A DNA stretch of 64,000 bases from Eledone cirrhosa (Eukaryota), in assembly GCA_964016885.1 (NCBI GenBank), contig OZ024742.1, positions 182,900,001 through 182,964,000 of the forward strand. The letters run 5' to 3'. A model generated the notes under the pieces. The model searched no databases. It was not told the DNA's origin and saw only the letters and a list, made by a program, of their open reading frames with translations. This document shows positions 1 through 15,500 of the stretch, piece by piece. The first letter of the stretch is position 1. Every line of letters begins with the position of its first letter. The position numbers were made by a program, and so were the translations under genes.

Positions 1-1051
1 GTGTTCAGACGTGGCTAAATGGACTCCATGGCGTTTTTAAATAACCGAAGAAATGCCGTATGTCAATATGCTACCCCTACAACTTCATCAGGAGTTACGG
101 GTCCATACCATACCACATGCGTACATAAGAACATAACAGCGTAGACAAATTCATTCCCTCGCTGTAACATTTATGTTGAGTATAATCTTTTGCTTCACAA
201 ACGTTGAACTGTTTTCCTTGAAGAAATAGAGTTCACCTTTACATAGGATACATGGAAATAGGCAATCTATTTTTGTAAAAAAGTAAAGAATATTTTTCAT
301 GGGATTATACGTTTAAATATGGTATTATTCGTTGTAAATTTATCAGCGTTGACAAATAGAATTGTTTCGGGATGCAACCCACTTGAAATCAATAAATAAA
401 ATTTGCATGAATATACATTTTCTTTTTAGGTTAGTGTTGATATACTTAATAGACCGTCTAAACCCGGCTTCGATTCTAAGGAACAAAGTCCACCGATTTT
501 AAAAGGTTCCTAATTAAGTTAAAATCTTCCAACAAATATGATATAAAAACTACATAAGTTACTATCTTAGTAATGAAATGATTAATAATTGTAGTAAATC
601 CTGCAAAGTTCTTCATTAATTAATTGAAGTGGAGTATATTTCCTTAGAAATAGGTTCATGATTGAGAATATGTGTGGACTGGTAAAAAGCTAACTAGAAA
701 TAATTATAATTATGTGATGAGAAAAAAGACATTATTAGTCAATGATTGTATTACGGCAAATATTAGCAAATATTGGCAAAATGCAAGCAAGTAGAGAAAA
801 TAGGGTAATAAACAACAAAAATATTTCATAGATTAATTATATCACATTTGCAGATTTAGTCTTAATTACCCAACTGTTGTGTAGTGATTTTTATTGTATT
901 TTCCCCGCACGTGTATCAATTTTCTTTATTATCGTCATGAAATATGGCTGCATCAAAGGTGGGAGATATGAAAATAGATGTTTCATTTCTCGGGAGAGAG
1001 AAAAGAAGAAAAAAAAGAAACCGAGCTAATTCTAATTGAAACAGTAGTAAG

Positions 1052-1272
1052 AATAATGGTTTCTTATATAGGCACAAGGCCAACAATTTGGGGGGAGGGG
1101 AAAGTCGATTAAATCGACCCCAGTGCGTGACTGGTACTTTATTTTATTGACCCCGTAAGGATGAAAGCCAAAGTTAACCTCGGCGGGATTTGAACTCAGA
1201 TCATAAAGCGCCGTAACTCTATGCTGCAAAGCATGGCGTCCGACCCTCTACCGATACTGCCAATCCACCGCC
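1052..1272 (-). mobile_element. tRNA-derived SINE family A
   Basis: A-box/B-box-like head (tggcagtatcggtag...gagttcaaatccc), core cctttcatccttacggggtcgataaaataaagtaccag, (ATT)n tail. Many copies in the window. Confidence 0.75.
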
Positions 1273-2225
1273 CTCCAATAATGACAAAACAAACAGCAAC
1301 AACGCTAACTCCGAATACTATATATAGCGTAGAAGTGAAAGACGCTCGTCTTGCTAAAAAATAATAGCTAAATCTCTATATCAAAACACTACTTTCTTGT
1401 TAAAAAGAATGTCCCATTGGATAAAGTAGGCCCATAAATGTGTATGAAGGAAGGAATGTGTGTATGCATTGTAAACGCATACATGTCTGAGTTGTTAAGA
1501 AGTTCTGGGTTGTATCCCACTCCTTTTAACATAGCCGTGGGCCGACCCAATGAAACAGTATAGACGTAAACTGTGTGGAAGCAAGTAATAAAGGTAGTAC
1601 TTGCAATTCAATGCATTAAACTTGTCGCGTTGGTTCTGTTTGAGAGATATGTTAAAGGTACACGTGTCTGTGGTATACTTAACCTACTTGCGCATTAAAT
1701 TAACGAGTATGACGTTCAGTTTTGATTGAACAACTGAATGTTCATCGTCGAAACTGATGAAGGCTCGATCATGTATGCATGTAACATAATGTTTGTTGTT
1801 ATTTAACCCCAAATTAACTCTAATTTAGCACATCTATAATTAACAACATTTCAGCTATGACTATACCACCATTTATTCAGATATCTCATACCTAGGATTA
1901 CATTATCTAATGTGGACTTTTATTTTACAATGTATTTGAAGTGTAGTTTATAGAAAATTTGGCTGCTCTTTCTAGCAAATCGAAGGACCACGTAGAAGTT
2001 CCTTCGTTAGTTTGTTTTGTTTATTTATAATGACACGGTGAAAAACTATATTTTCAACGAACTAATTATTGTAACGTCTGCTATGATCAATTTATTTTAT
2101 TGGATGCCATAAAATACGAACCAATATGTTTTGTTGGCGTCTCTCAGTAACAGCACAAGAATAGAGTTGGAATGTCGTCTCTTTAACATTTCTTTTTGGT
2201 TTTGTTGTTTTTATATACTGTTTTG

Positions 2226-2257
<32 letters not shown>

Positions 2258-4728
2258 TACTATTTTACTTTTTTACTTTTTCGCCCACCGCTGTTTGTAG
2301 TTGTAATAATTATTGCAAGCAGTTAGACGAGGTAAAAGAGCACGTCCTTTCAATGTTTTGTCCCTCTGCCTCCCTTATGTACAATAGCAAGCTTTAATGT
2401 CATGTGAAAGTGTAACATAATCCTAAACAGACCAGACTTTTAGAGCGAGCACTGTTCATCCTATTTATTGCCTGCACATATTTTAATGTGTTACGATGAC
2501 TCTGCCACTAAATGCGTCTAGCTGTCTGCAAATTGACCTCGAAGAGAGATAGTGACTTCAGAAGAGATCCCTGATTTTCGCTTGAAGCAAACTTAACAAT
2601 AAAAACATTCCACTGGTTGTGACCATGTCAAACGCAGAGAAAGAGAGAGAGAGAGAGGGGGGGGGTCTGTATTAATATTGTATGGGAAGAATTTTTGGTA
2701 GGAAATTGATTCGAGCAATAATGCTCTGTAGGGAGACTCGATCTAACTGTTTGATTAACATTATACATGATGCAATTGTTGCACACTTCATGCAATAAAT
2801 ATTAGTTGACTGTTGTTGGACCTCAGTCAATTCCGACGAAGTCTGTTCCAATTATTTGACCAACGGAATTACATGATCATGAAATTAACGTGCAAGTGGC
2901 TGAGCTTTCCACATTAGCTTAGTTTTCCTGGAGATTCAGCTTAATACCGTGTGTGCCAAAGCTGATTATGTGTACTGGAGCAACGTGAAATGAAGTGACT
3001 TGCACAAAGGCACATGTCACCTGGAACCAAAATCACCACCTTAGATCGTGAACCAAACCACAAAAGAAGTGCAAAAATCAATCGACGATCGAAATATATA
3101 TATTTAACAGAAGATCGATGAGACCCAAACCAACATCAAAATATATGGCGAAAAAAATCGAAACAGAGTGTTGTTACATAACAATCACCTTAACCTTTTA
3201 TTTACCATGTTTGTAATAAAAAGTATGCCTAGGATTTTCAAATAATTTTGAAATTAATCAAGAATGTGGAGGGATTTAGTAATATAAATTATTTTTACAT
3301 TATTAAGTTAGTGTTTGAAAAATAACATTATAGAGGTTCTTACATTTAAAATAGAACCAGGAACGCCTTGATACAATTTAAATCAGGAAACTTAGTAGCA
3401 TGGAGATTAATAAGGTCTTGTAGAATATTTAAACTTTTAGTAATGAATAAATCTCTGGCGATGAATGACAGAATTTGGAGAGTACAGAAGAAAAAGCCTT
3501 ACAGTCAGCAAATAGCGTATTCGGTTACAAAGTAAATTTATTTTCATTTGCCATCGTTGGATATCAATCATACTCTTGGGACATTCCTAAATGTTATTAT
3601 TAATTTCACAGTAATTCATCAGTGTGAATAAGGCCAGGAGATTTAAACACATTTTTTTTTTTTATTTATGTTTTCAGATTATTTCAAGTAATGTTAGCAT
3701 TTTTCATACTAGCTTGTAACTACGGCCAAAATCATTGCGAATAAATAATTTCCTGTGAAGACTGTGATCAGGATAAATATCTTCACAGAGCAACCTGCTG
3801 TGACTTTACGGGGCTAAAGCTCTTCTTAACAAACATAGTAACGTGAGAAGTGAATGGTTTAGACAAACCATGTGGTGTTTAGTGAAATTTGAGTAAATGA
3901 GAAAGCTTTTGTGTAAGTCATCGGTTAAACGGGGAGGTAAAAATTTCAAGTTGCCTGACCTTGAAAAGGGAAAGAAATTGAGCCGATATTTCCGGTGCTG
4001 GCAGTATCTACCGGTCGCAACTCATGCCAGAAGGAGCAACATGAAATAAAGTATTTCGCTCAAAAACACAGCATGCCGCCTAGTCCAGGAATCGAACCCA
4101 CGCCTTTATGATCGCGAGTTCAACACTCCAACCATTTGGCCACATGCCTTCGTGAATATTTTTTAAATATAAGAGATCATTTTAAAAAGTTGAATACATT
4201 TATTTCACGTTGCTCCAGTCTACGGCTTCCCACATTCAGGTGTGACAGTAATTACAACTGTCTGGGATGAGACTAGAATAATATATCCCCATCTCCCATC
4301 ACATAAGCAAGAATATCATAAACTTACGAGGGATTCTCTACGCGGTCTTTTAACCTGCTAGAAACAACAACCAAATTTCCCTTAAACATCACCCTTAAAA
4401 GGTGAAGAACACAGTGGATAGATGTAAACGGGATCACCATAGCTGGAATGATTTTGATCATAGGTCGGCTGATCAGGGGTTGACATGCGGTTAACAACAA
4501 CTACAACATCGAAATCATTGTTTAAACCTCTGCATCAAAAATCTACGAATCAAAGGAAGTATCTACACGGTCATTTGACCTGCTAGAAATAGCAGGCAAA
4601 GTAGAAACACTTTAACCTTTTCGTTACCAAATGAAAGACACTGCCTGTTATTTTTTGGAGTATAATTTAATAAAGGGTCTTCTATAAAATTATGAGAGAA
4701 GGTTTTTGAATAAATATAAATAATTTAA

Positions 4729-4944
4729 CCCTTTCTTTACCATATTTCTAATGAAAGACACTATCTATAATGTTCAAACAATTTTGAAAATAATCATGAT
4801 TCTAGAGGCAGAGCTAACTTTCTCATTATTGAGCTGATGTTTGGAGCATAATGTCACAAATCTTGCTAGATAAATATAATCACTAAAATACAGTTTTGTT
4901 TCATAGAACCAGGGGTGGTTTCTGGTGGTTTGGTACCAAAAGGG
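4729..4944. mobile_element. piggyBac-like MITE (decayed relatives near 3.2, 32.7, 51.4 and 52.6 kb)
   Basis: TTAA|CCCTTT...tacca and tggta...AAAGGG|TTAA: TTAA duplication with imperfect TIRs. Confidence 0.65.
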
Positions 4945-5281
4945 TTAAATGACACAAATAATTGACTATAAGGTATCTCCGATTTACTCAGTTTCAACTT
5001 TCTTTTTTACTCCATACAAACGACGAATAATACGCAGCAGTTTTCGGTTGTCTCTTCAAAGAGGACTACCATTTTCCGGATAAATAAGAAATCTTTAGTT
5101 CACACTGTTTGACAGTTTGGTGATGCGTGAACTCATTAAAAAATAGAGAAAACAACGAATATAAATAAAGGTGTTGCCTGGGGGATATATGGTTGACACG
5201 TGCCTGGTGTCAAAAGTAAACTGCGTCAGTGCAGACTACTACTCTCTTTACACATACACTCACATGCAAACATTATATATT

Positions 5282-5514
<233 letters not shown>

Positions 5515-5631
5515 AATATAGATGAGATTCTACAGGACTAGAACTGATTCATTCTTTAGAAATCATCAGGAATCTGGCTGTCCAAAATAATATATTTATA
5601 TGTATATATTTATATACACACACATCTATAC

Positions 5632-5696
<65 letters not shown>

Positions 5697-6254
5697 GATA
5701 TATATGATTTCTACCATTACAATCTACTCCATTCCCCAGTGATATTCATTACTTATATAAGTTCTCTGACTATAGTTATATGGTTGATGTTGTTGTTGAA
5801 GGCGTGACAAACCTGTCTAGAGAGATTGACAGATTGACATATTACGAATGAGGAGATATGCTGATAGATGAGATATTTCTTCCTAACACATACATACATA
5901 CATACATACATACATACATACATACATACATACATACATACATACATACATACATACATGCATATATACATACATACATACATACACACACAGGTCCATG
6001 CTTACATGCATCCACACGTACATTCTAATTTTTTTATTGATTCAAAATTTCATAATCAGTATGTATTTATAAACAGGAAGAGGAAAAATAAAATAAGAGG
6101 GGGTGGAATTACGAAAAGAAGAGAGGGGGGACTCTACACATGTATGTATGTATGTATGTATGTATGTATGTATGTATGTATGTATGTATGTATGTATGTA
6201 CTTGTATGTATGTATGTATGTATGTATGTATGTATGTATGTATGTATGTATGTA

Positions 6255-6860
6255 CAGGTCACCAGTTGGTGCTACTGGTAACATGTATCCCAGTACAACC
6301 TGTCCCATGGTCGGGTCGTTGGCGACTAAACTGGCAACCCCACCAAGGTTTCTTGGTGAGGAGGGTGACTTTGGACATCCTGCAGGACTAAAAACAAAAC
6401 CTGTCAAAGGGCAAAGGGGCTCTTAAGAGTCAATGGCCATCCAAAATCACCGGGAGAGATGACCCCTTAGCCTTTGTCAAGGCAGAATTCTAGGAGAAGG
6501 AAAACTCTGATATAACACCTGCAACCCTGATGGTATCCAATGATGTTGACTTGTTCTTCTTTTTGGTAAATATCATCTTGGTTAAGAGTGTGGGACTGGC
6601 TTTGTGCAGTGCCTTTGCTCACTATAAAAGGTCCACGGCACAGGTATTGCTTTTTATCTGGAGATCTCTCTGCTTTGTCGTCACATGGTACCATGGGCCC
6701 AGCACTATGTGTCAATAATTGTCACAAGTGTAGTGTTTGTACCAGAGTTTTCAACTCGCTGGCTGGACTAAAAAGTAACACTCGTTCAGCGCATCGGTAG
6801 GGGTTCTCCTACATGGATATAAAGTAGTGGGCGTACTCGAAAACGAGTTGGCAGCCACCA
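6255..6860 (+). mobile_element. Internally deleted RTE-like non-LTR element
   Basis: 3' C2H2-like remnant CSVCTRVFNSLAGLKSNTRSAHR*, short UTR and microsatellite tail, flanked by (TATG)n. The clade assignment is an inference. Confidence 0.55.
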
Positions 6861-8938
6861 TGTATGTACTTACGTGTGTTTGGGGGGGGGGTTAATCCTT
6901 AGTAACAATATAGACATCAGATAGATAGGTAATTATGGATGTTTGTCTGCATGTATGTATGCGTACATGTATGTATATGTGTACCTATAGATATTTAGCG
7001 TATGTGAGGATCTTTTTTTTTTAAATTATATGTCTGCACATACATAAAGCATTACTGTGAAGAACAGTGATACCCTCTTCGTAAAACATTCCACCTCAAG
7101 GTGCCCCTCTTCTTCAAAAACGATGCCCTCCCCCGATTTGCGGGTGAAAACGGCAATCTAGGAGCCAAAGACATCGGAGGTTCCATTTAATCCTCCATTC
7201 TCTCGTTCGTGTTGGGACCCTAAACCCACTTTATTACACATGCAAATTGGCATTTAGAATTAGTTATTCAAATTGGAAATGTCAACTGACGTATGTTTTG
7301 TATCCAGACTCTATTCACTGACATATCATTCTATCCATAGTGGCAAGGGAAGACGTATTACTTTAGGAAAAATAACAAAGCAAAACTACATTGTGTGTAG
7401 GACCTCCTTTGATTCTGAGGACAAGTGTTCCAGTTTTTCGAAAAACAAAACAATTTGCTTGCAAAATTTGTATAGAAGAGGCTGAGCATTTCTCAGAAAC
7501 TTGTACCATTAACATAGTTCTCAGAGAAATTCAGTGTGACTATACTGGCTCTGTGAATATTCAAGTACAACTCATTTTTCCCAACTTAGTAGAGTGGAGT
7601 AACGTGAAACAAACTGTACTGCTGAAGGATACAATGCGGTGTCTGGAATCAAACTCATAACATTACGACCATAAGCCGAACACCTAACCAATAAGCCAGG
7701 TGCCTTACAAAGCAATTGCAGCAATATCATCATAAAGTTCTCTATTTGATGTAGGATGTATATATGTATAGAACTGTAACACCTTATGGAATCCTAGGGG
7801 AGCCATTGCGATGTAAGGTGCGTCTCGGGCATTTTCAACCTGGTGGAGGCCATCCCCTCTCAAAGTCTTAACATAGCCGATTTTTTTCCAGATAAGGAAA
7901 GACAGGAAGAATAAACTCCAGTATTGAACTGGTACTTCTTTTGTCCACCTCGAAAAGATGAAATTCAAAGTTCACCTCGGGATTTGAACTCAGAATGCAG
8001 AGAACAGGAGCGGATACCGTAAAGTATTCTATCTGACATTCTAACTACTCAGCGATCTCTTAACAGCTTTGTGACTTTTCAGAAGATAATGTATGAGTCA
8101 TCTCCATACAGTGAATGTTGTTAACACATTTCACAGCTCTACATTTTAACATGCACCAGACAACCAGTAAGAAATATATAATACGCACAGTTGTTATTTA
8201 ATGCCCACTCCTGTCCCCCGTACTATCTCCTAATACAACATCCTTATGTATTATCATATAGGTATGTTTCTTAACGTATACTACATATATATATTTATTT
8301 ATACATATGTGTGTGCGCTTGTATATGTTTGTATGAATGTATGTGTATGTAAGTTTGTATGTTTGTATGTATTTATATATATATATATGTGCATGTATAT
8401 GTATGCATATATATGTATATATGAAGTTAATACTGTTTCACACAACTCCTCAATTTTCTCCTTCTCTTACCACTACCCTTCCTCCTGCCTAACCTTCCCG
8501 TTTCCATGTCTCTCTGTCTCTCCTTCACTCATGCAACTACACGATAAAACCATTTCAGTTAAAATTGTAATGAACCAAATATGAACTCTTAAACACATAT
8601 ACATACATATATTTCTAGGCCTAAATGTTTGCATATGCTGTCATTGCATGCTAAAATTTTAGAATATTTTACTTATTCTTATAGTTATATCGATGCATTG
8701 TATTTGTATGTATGTATGTATGTATGTATGTATGTATGTATGTATGTATGCATGTATGTATGCATGTATGTATGTATGTATGTATGTATGTATGTATGTA
8801 TGTATGTATGTATGTATGTATGTACGTATGTATGTACGTATGTATGCATGCATTTAAGTATTTATGTATGGATGGATGGATGGATGTAGTTATATATATG
8901 TATGTATGTACATATGTGTACATTTGTATATAGGTTTG

Positions 8939-8973
<35 letters not shown>

Positions 8974-9561
8974 ATGTGTGTGTATGTATGTATATATGTA
9001 TTATCTGTATGCATGTGTATGTATGAATGTGTGTATGTGTAGGTATGTAAGTACGTACGAATGTATGTGTATGTATATATGTATCTATCTATCTGTACGT
9101 ATGAAGGAATGCATGTATGCATGAATGTATATATATATATATATATGTACGTATGTAAGTATGTATGTACCTATGCATGTCTGTATGCGTGCGTATGCAA
9201 TATATGTAGGTAAAATATAAATCATATTCATTTTTTTTCTCTCTCCTTTACATGAATGATATCGGTGAAATGTGAGAAGAAAGCTACGTTTGTATACACA
9301 GCTTATAATAATCCGATGTTGTGTTTACATAGGGAGAACCATTACCAGTCGTTGTGCAAGATGGACATGTCAGAGAATATGGCGTGTACTCTGCGTTAAC
9401 ATACAAACAGTAATATTGACTATGTAGTCGTAGGGTGTACGTAGAAATCACTGTGTATATGTCTATGTAGATACATGTGTGCGTCTATATATGCACGTGT
9501 CCTTATGTGTTTATGTATATAATTGTTTGTGAATATACATGTGTGTATGAGTATACATGTT

Positions 9562-9625
<64 letters not shown>

Positions 9626-9874
9626 TGTGTATAAGCATATACGAGTGTGTGTATTCATATACATATGTATATGTGTATGCGCGTGTGTATAAACTTGTGC
9701 GTGCATGTATATACATCAGTGCGTGCTTGTATATACGCGTTGCTTCGTGATTAGGTTATCTGGCTTACGATCGTAAGATTCACGGTAGGGTGTTGTGTCC
9801 TTGAACAACATGATAGAAAATTAGCAAAATGATTACAATGTGTCAGTTTTAACTGTAACAACATAATAGTACTG

Positions 9875-10275
9875 TAGTATTATTAAAACACCCAAGAAAA
9901 CTTGTGAGATATTAATTTGTAGAAGGTCAACTAAACCAAGGTAGGCGTAACAACAATATGATATGACTGAAGACCTTAATCATTAAAACATCTAAGAAAC
10001 CTATGAGATGCAACCCCGTAGAAGGCCAGCTAAACCTACATAGGTGTGGGCCGTTTAAGCAACAGCATGATATGATTGTGGGGCCCTCTCATTGAAACAC
10101 CAAAGAAACCCGCTGTGAGATAAAACCTCGTAAGAGGCCAATTAAACATACAAAAAGCTGAGCTGTATCGACAACATGATAGGACTGTGGGCCTAATCAT
10201 TAAAACACTTAAAGCCCGTGTGTGATGCAATCTTGTAGTAGACCAGCTAAGCCTACATAGGTGTGAGCCGTAACA
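9875..10275. repeat. Degenerate ~100-bp tandem repeat (about four units); related array at 57030-57205
   Basis: Recurring cattaaaacac...gaaac...tgagat...gtaga.g.ccagctaa.cctacataggtgtg. Confidence 0.65.
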
Positions 10276-10840
10276 AAAGAATACTTTCAATGAAAAATGG
10301 GTCGTGAACTCTTCTTATTAGTAACAATCAACGGATATCAAACCATTATTGAATATACTCAATAAAAATCGATTTGTTTCAGAGCAAAATTAAATTGAAA
10401 ACTATTTACTTCACAGAAGCTATTCAGAAGGAAAAAAATATATATAACAGCCATGTAACCTTTAATTGCAATACAGCTCCGCTCTACTCTCTTTAATATG
10501 GAAAAACAAAATTTAAATCTAAGTTTCTTTATAGTCACTAATAATCAGATCGAACAACTCAAATAGTGCCATCTAACCCCTTGTGATCTACTAATGTTTT
10601 AAGAATTTAATTGCCAAAACGAAATAAAGCGGTAAAAATAATAATTTCACAGTTGGTTAATGCATAAAGAAATCATTAAATGTGAAATTATATTTTGGAA
10701 CATTAAAAAAGAAGTAAGATTATTTTATATATAATATTTCATGGGATATTTTGTAACAACAAAATCGTAATTTTGATTATATAGGAAATGATCACTTTTA
10801 TATATACTTATGTCCGTGTATGTGTGGGTGTATGTATATA

Positions 10841-10938
<98 letters not shown>

Positions 10939-11053
10939 CACATTTATTATGGAGCCTTGTTACTCTGAAGTTTCATCTGCACGCTCACCATAATGAATAA
11001 ATATTTAAAGTCTCCTTTGGTATTTATAGAGTACTTTTTTACGTCCGTCTATA

Positions 11054-11102
<49 letters not shown>

Positions 11103-11193
11103 AATGAAAGGTATAGAAAATATTGTAGCAAAAAGCCAACAGTATTCCATAATATAATATATATATATATATTATATATATATATTATATATA

Positions 11194-11768
11194 TATTGTT
11201 ATACTTTGGGAGGGTCATGTTGCCAATAAGAAACACACGCACCAGTTGCTTTCACTTCAATTTATTATAATAAATTTATAATAAATTTATAAATTTATAA
11301 ATTTCTGGTTGGTTGGTTGGTTCCACAACCAGATAGTTGTTTATATATAGTCATAGTTCTTTCGTCACACACTCTGTGACCTCTTCGGTGACTGGGGATT
11401 CCTTTCTTTGTTTCTGTGCCTCTCCTTTGTTCTGTCCTACGCCATTTTGTTTCTGTGTGTGTGTTGTGTGCTCAGTCTGCGCATGCGCCAGATCCGGGTG
11501 TCTCTGTGTGTTTATGAAGAGGTCACAGAGTGTGTGACGAAAGAACTATGACTATATATAAACAACTATCTGGTTGTGGAACCAACCAACAAACCAGAAA
11601 TTTATAAATTTATAAATTTATTATAAATTTATTATAATGAATTGAAGTGAAAGCAACTGGTGTGTGTGTTTCTTATTGGCAACATGACCCTCCCAAAGTA
11701 TAACAATATCGGTTTCAACACACGATTTCAGATAAAGAATTTTGCTAAACAAATTCAGAAACGAAATA
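11194..11768. mobile_element. Head-to-head inverted pair of 3' ends of the same Penelope family as 60.3-62.7 kb
   Basis: 11194-11516 matches 60353-60679; 11515-11768 matches the + 3' end and tail. Flanked by (TA)n. Confidence 0.9.
11349..11393 (-). ncRNA. Minimal hammerhead ribozyme, U4C core variant
   Basis: Minus strand reads agtca-CCGAAGA-g-gtcaca..tgtgac-GAAA-gaac-TA-tgact. Confidence 0.7.
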
Positions 11769-11804
11769 TTATATATATATATATATATTATATATATATA
11801 AAGA

Positions 11805-11860
<56 letters not shown>

Positions 11861-11894
11861 ATATATATATAAAGAGTGTATATATATTATATAC

Positions 11895-11925
<31 letters not shown>

Positions 11926-11946
11926 TATTTATATATATATATATAT

Positions 11947-11978
<32 letters not shown>

Positions 11979-11998
11979 ATATATATTATATATATATA

Positions 11999-12899
11999 TC
12001 TATATATATAAAACTGTGGTTGTCTGTCTGTCTATCGATTTTTGGCACACACTCCTCTTAGAATCTCTCACGGAATTGCACCGAAATTGCGAGACTTGTA
12101 CATTGAGCCCTAGCGAAGACATCGGAAAAAAAAATATTTCAAATTGACCCACCCTATGTGACGAAATCGAATATAATGTATCGATTTTTGAGCGTAAGTG
12201 ATCAGTTATTTCCCTTTTTTCTGTTTACATTGAGCGTCTGCGTGCAAAAATTAAAAAAATTACGCTGGCTTTCTCAGCGAAGCCTTATAAAACAATATTT
12301 TTACTTGAAAACAAGTCTATTTAAAGACTACGTAAAACAAGCAAATATTTCGTAAAAAAAAAAGCAAAAATTATATAAGTTTATTTAAAATATATGTATC
12401 TGTAAATTTCGTTAGGCGTGCAGACAGACAGTCGTGCAGACAGATAGTCGTGCAGAGAGGTGATATACGCGTGCAGACAGATAGTCGTGCAGAGAGGTGA
12501 TATACGCGTGCAGACAGACAGTCGTGCAGAGAGGTGATATAGGCGTGCAGACAGACAGTCGTACAGAGAGGTGATATAGGCGTGCAGACAGACATAACTG
12601 ATAATTTGGTTACGCTAATGTTTTTCTCTGCGTTGCAGTGTTTACATTTTCGATCTTTGTTAATAAATAACCAGTGCAGTTTTTATCCCCAGCATCCTCT
12701 TTTGTTATAACATTCGGGTTATCGTTATGTTTTCTTAACTTCATAAGGCATATTGTTGGTTGAGGGAATATTAATCAAAAACACCACATGCAAGTCTGCA
12801 CAGTAGACACTACAGTTTTTAAGCCAAAAAAGAAACTTAACATTGTAACTTTAACACAGCTACTGAGCGACCCCGAGCAACGCCGGGCTTTACTGCTAG
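11999..12899 (+). mobile_element. Non-autonomous Helitron
   Basis: 5' TC, (GTCT)n near the 5' end, subterminal hairpin cccgagcaacgccggg, 3' CTAG, inserted between A and T. Internal ~37-bp tandem repeat at 12415-12593. Confidence 0.78.
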
Positions 12900-12958
12900 T
12901 ATATTATATATATATATTATATATATATATTATATATATATATATTATATATATATAT

Positions 12959-12989
<31 letters not shown>

Positions 12990-13019
12990 TATATATTATT
13001 TATATATATATATATATTA

Positions 13020-13071
<52 letters not shown>

Positions 13072-13321
13072 ATATATATATATATAATATATATATATTA
13101 TATATAATATATATATATATAATATATATATATTATATATATATATATATAATATATATATATATTATATATATTATATATATATATATTATATATATAT
13201 ATATTATATATTATATATATATATATTATATATATATATATTATATATATATATATATATTATATATATGTATATATATATATATATTATACATATATAT
13301 ATTATATATATATATTATATA

Positions 13322-13358
<37 letters not shown>

Positions 13359-13407
13359 ATATATATATATATTATATATATATATATCATATATATATAT
13401 ATAATAT

Positions 13408-13474
<67 letters not shown>

Positions 13475-13498
13475 TATATAATATATATATATACGAGT

Positions 13499-13531
<33 letters not shown>

Positions 13532-13814
13532 TACATATATATATATTATATATATATATATTATTTATATATATATATTATATATATGTATATTATATAT
13601 ATATATATATATTATACATATATATATATTATATATATATATATTGTATATATATATATATTATATATATATATATATTATATATATATATATATTATAT
13701 ATATATATATAATATATATATATTATATATATATAATATATATATATAATATATATAAAATATATATATATTATATATATATAATATATATATATAATAT
13801 ATATATATTATATA

Positions 13815-13912
<98 letters not shown>
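12900..13912. repeat. ~1-kb imperfect (TA)n microsatellite; another ~0.8 kb at 14985-15772
   Basis: Direct reading. Confidence 0.97.
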
Positions 13913-14112
13913 NNNNNNNNNNNNNNNNNNNNNNNNNNNNNNNNNNNNNNNNNNNNNNNNNNNNNNNNNNNNNNNNNNNNNNNNNNNNNNNNNNNNNNNN
14001 NNNNNNNNNNNNNNNNNNNNNNNNNNNNNNNNNNNNNNNNNNNNNNNNNNNNNNNNNNNNNNNNNNNNNNNNNNNNNNNNNNNNNNNNNNNNNNNNNNNN
14101 NNNNNNNNNNNN
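13913..14112. other. Assembly gap (200 N)
   Basis: Run of n. Confidence 1.
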
Positions 14113-14984
14113 GCTCGGGGTCGCTCAGTAGCTGTGTTAAAGTTACAATGTTAAGTTTCTTTCTTGGCTTAAAAACTGTAGTGTCTACTGTGCAGACTTG
14201 CATGTGGTGTTTTTGATTAATATTCCCTCAACCAACAATATGCCTTATGAAGTTAAGAAAACATAACGATAACCCGAATGTTATAACAAAAGAGGATGCT
14301 GGGGATAGAAACTGCACTGGTTATTTATTAACAAAGATCGAAAATGTAAACACTGCAACGCAGAGAAAAACATTAGCGTAACCAAATTATCAGTTATGTC
14401 TGTCTGCACGCCTATATCACCTCTCTGCACGACTGTCTGTCTGCACGCCTATATCACCTCTCTGCACGACTGTCTGTCTGCACGCCTATATCACCTCTCT
14501 GCACGACTGTCTGTCTGCACGACTGTCTGTCTGCACGACTGTCTGTCTGCACGCCTAACGACGAAATATTTGTTTGTTTTACGTAGTCTTTAAATAGACT
14601 TGTTTTCAAGTAAAAATATTGTTTTAAAATGCTTTTAAATGGAAATGAAGCAAAACGGAAGCTTAGTGTTCGAACTGATGAATTTTGCAGGTCAATATTT
14701 TGCTGGCTCGACAACTGTTAAAGCCAGCGTAATTGTTTACGTAAGACGCTCAATGTAAACAGAACAAAGGGAAATAACTGATAACTTACGCTCAAAAATC
14801 GATACATTATATTCGATTTCGTCACATAGGGTGGGTCAATTTGAAATATTTTTTTTCCGATGTCTTCGCTAGGGCTCAATGTACAAGTATAGCAATTTCG
14901 GTGCAATTCCGTGAGAGATTCTAAGAGGAGATGTGTGCCAAAAATCGATAGACAGACAGACAACCACAGTTTTATATATATAGA
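14113..14984 (-). mobile_element. Non-autonomous Helitron, second copy (3' end lost in the gap)
   Basis: Inverted copy of 11999-12878 with a ~100-bp indel. 5' TC at 14984. Confidence 0.75.
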
Positions 14985-15036
14985 TTATATATATATATAT
15001 GTATGTATATATATATATAAAATATATATATATTAT

Positions 15037-15097
<61 letters not shown>

Positions 15098-15164
15098 CAT
15101 ACATACATATATATATATATAATATATATATATTATATATATATATACATATATATATATATAA

Positions 15165-15197
<33 letters not shown>

Positions 15198-15296
15198 CAT
15201 ACATATATATATATATAATATATATATATATATAATATATATATATTATATATATATATATACATACATATATATATATAATATATATATATATAT

Positions 15297-15329
<33 letters not shown>

Positions 15330-15468
15330 TATATATATATATATATACATACATATATATATATATTATATATATACATACATATATATATATATATAAT
15401 ATATATATATAATATATATATATATATAATATATATATATAATATATATATATATATATAATATATAT

Positions 15469-15500
<32 letters not shown>

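Noticed and set aside
5171-5235. VLPGGYMVD resembling the RING start VLCGGYFID of BMI1
   Set aside because: The zinc-ligand Cys/His pattern is absent and the frame runs into (TA)n; likely chance.
12415-12593. ~37-bp repeats superficially like a CRISPR array
   Set aside because: Contiguous tandem units without unique spacers, inside a Helitron, in eukaryotic DNA with no cas genes.
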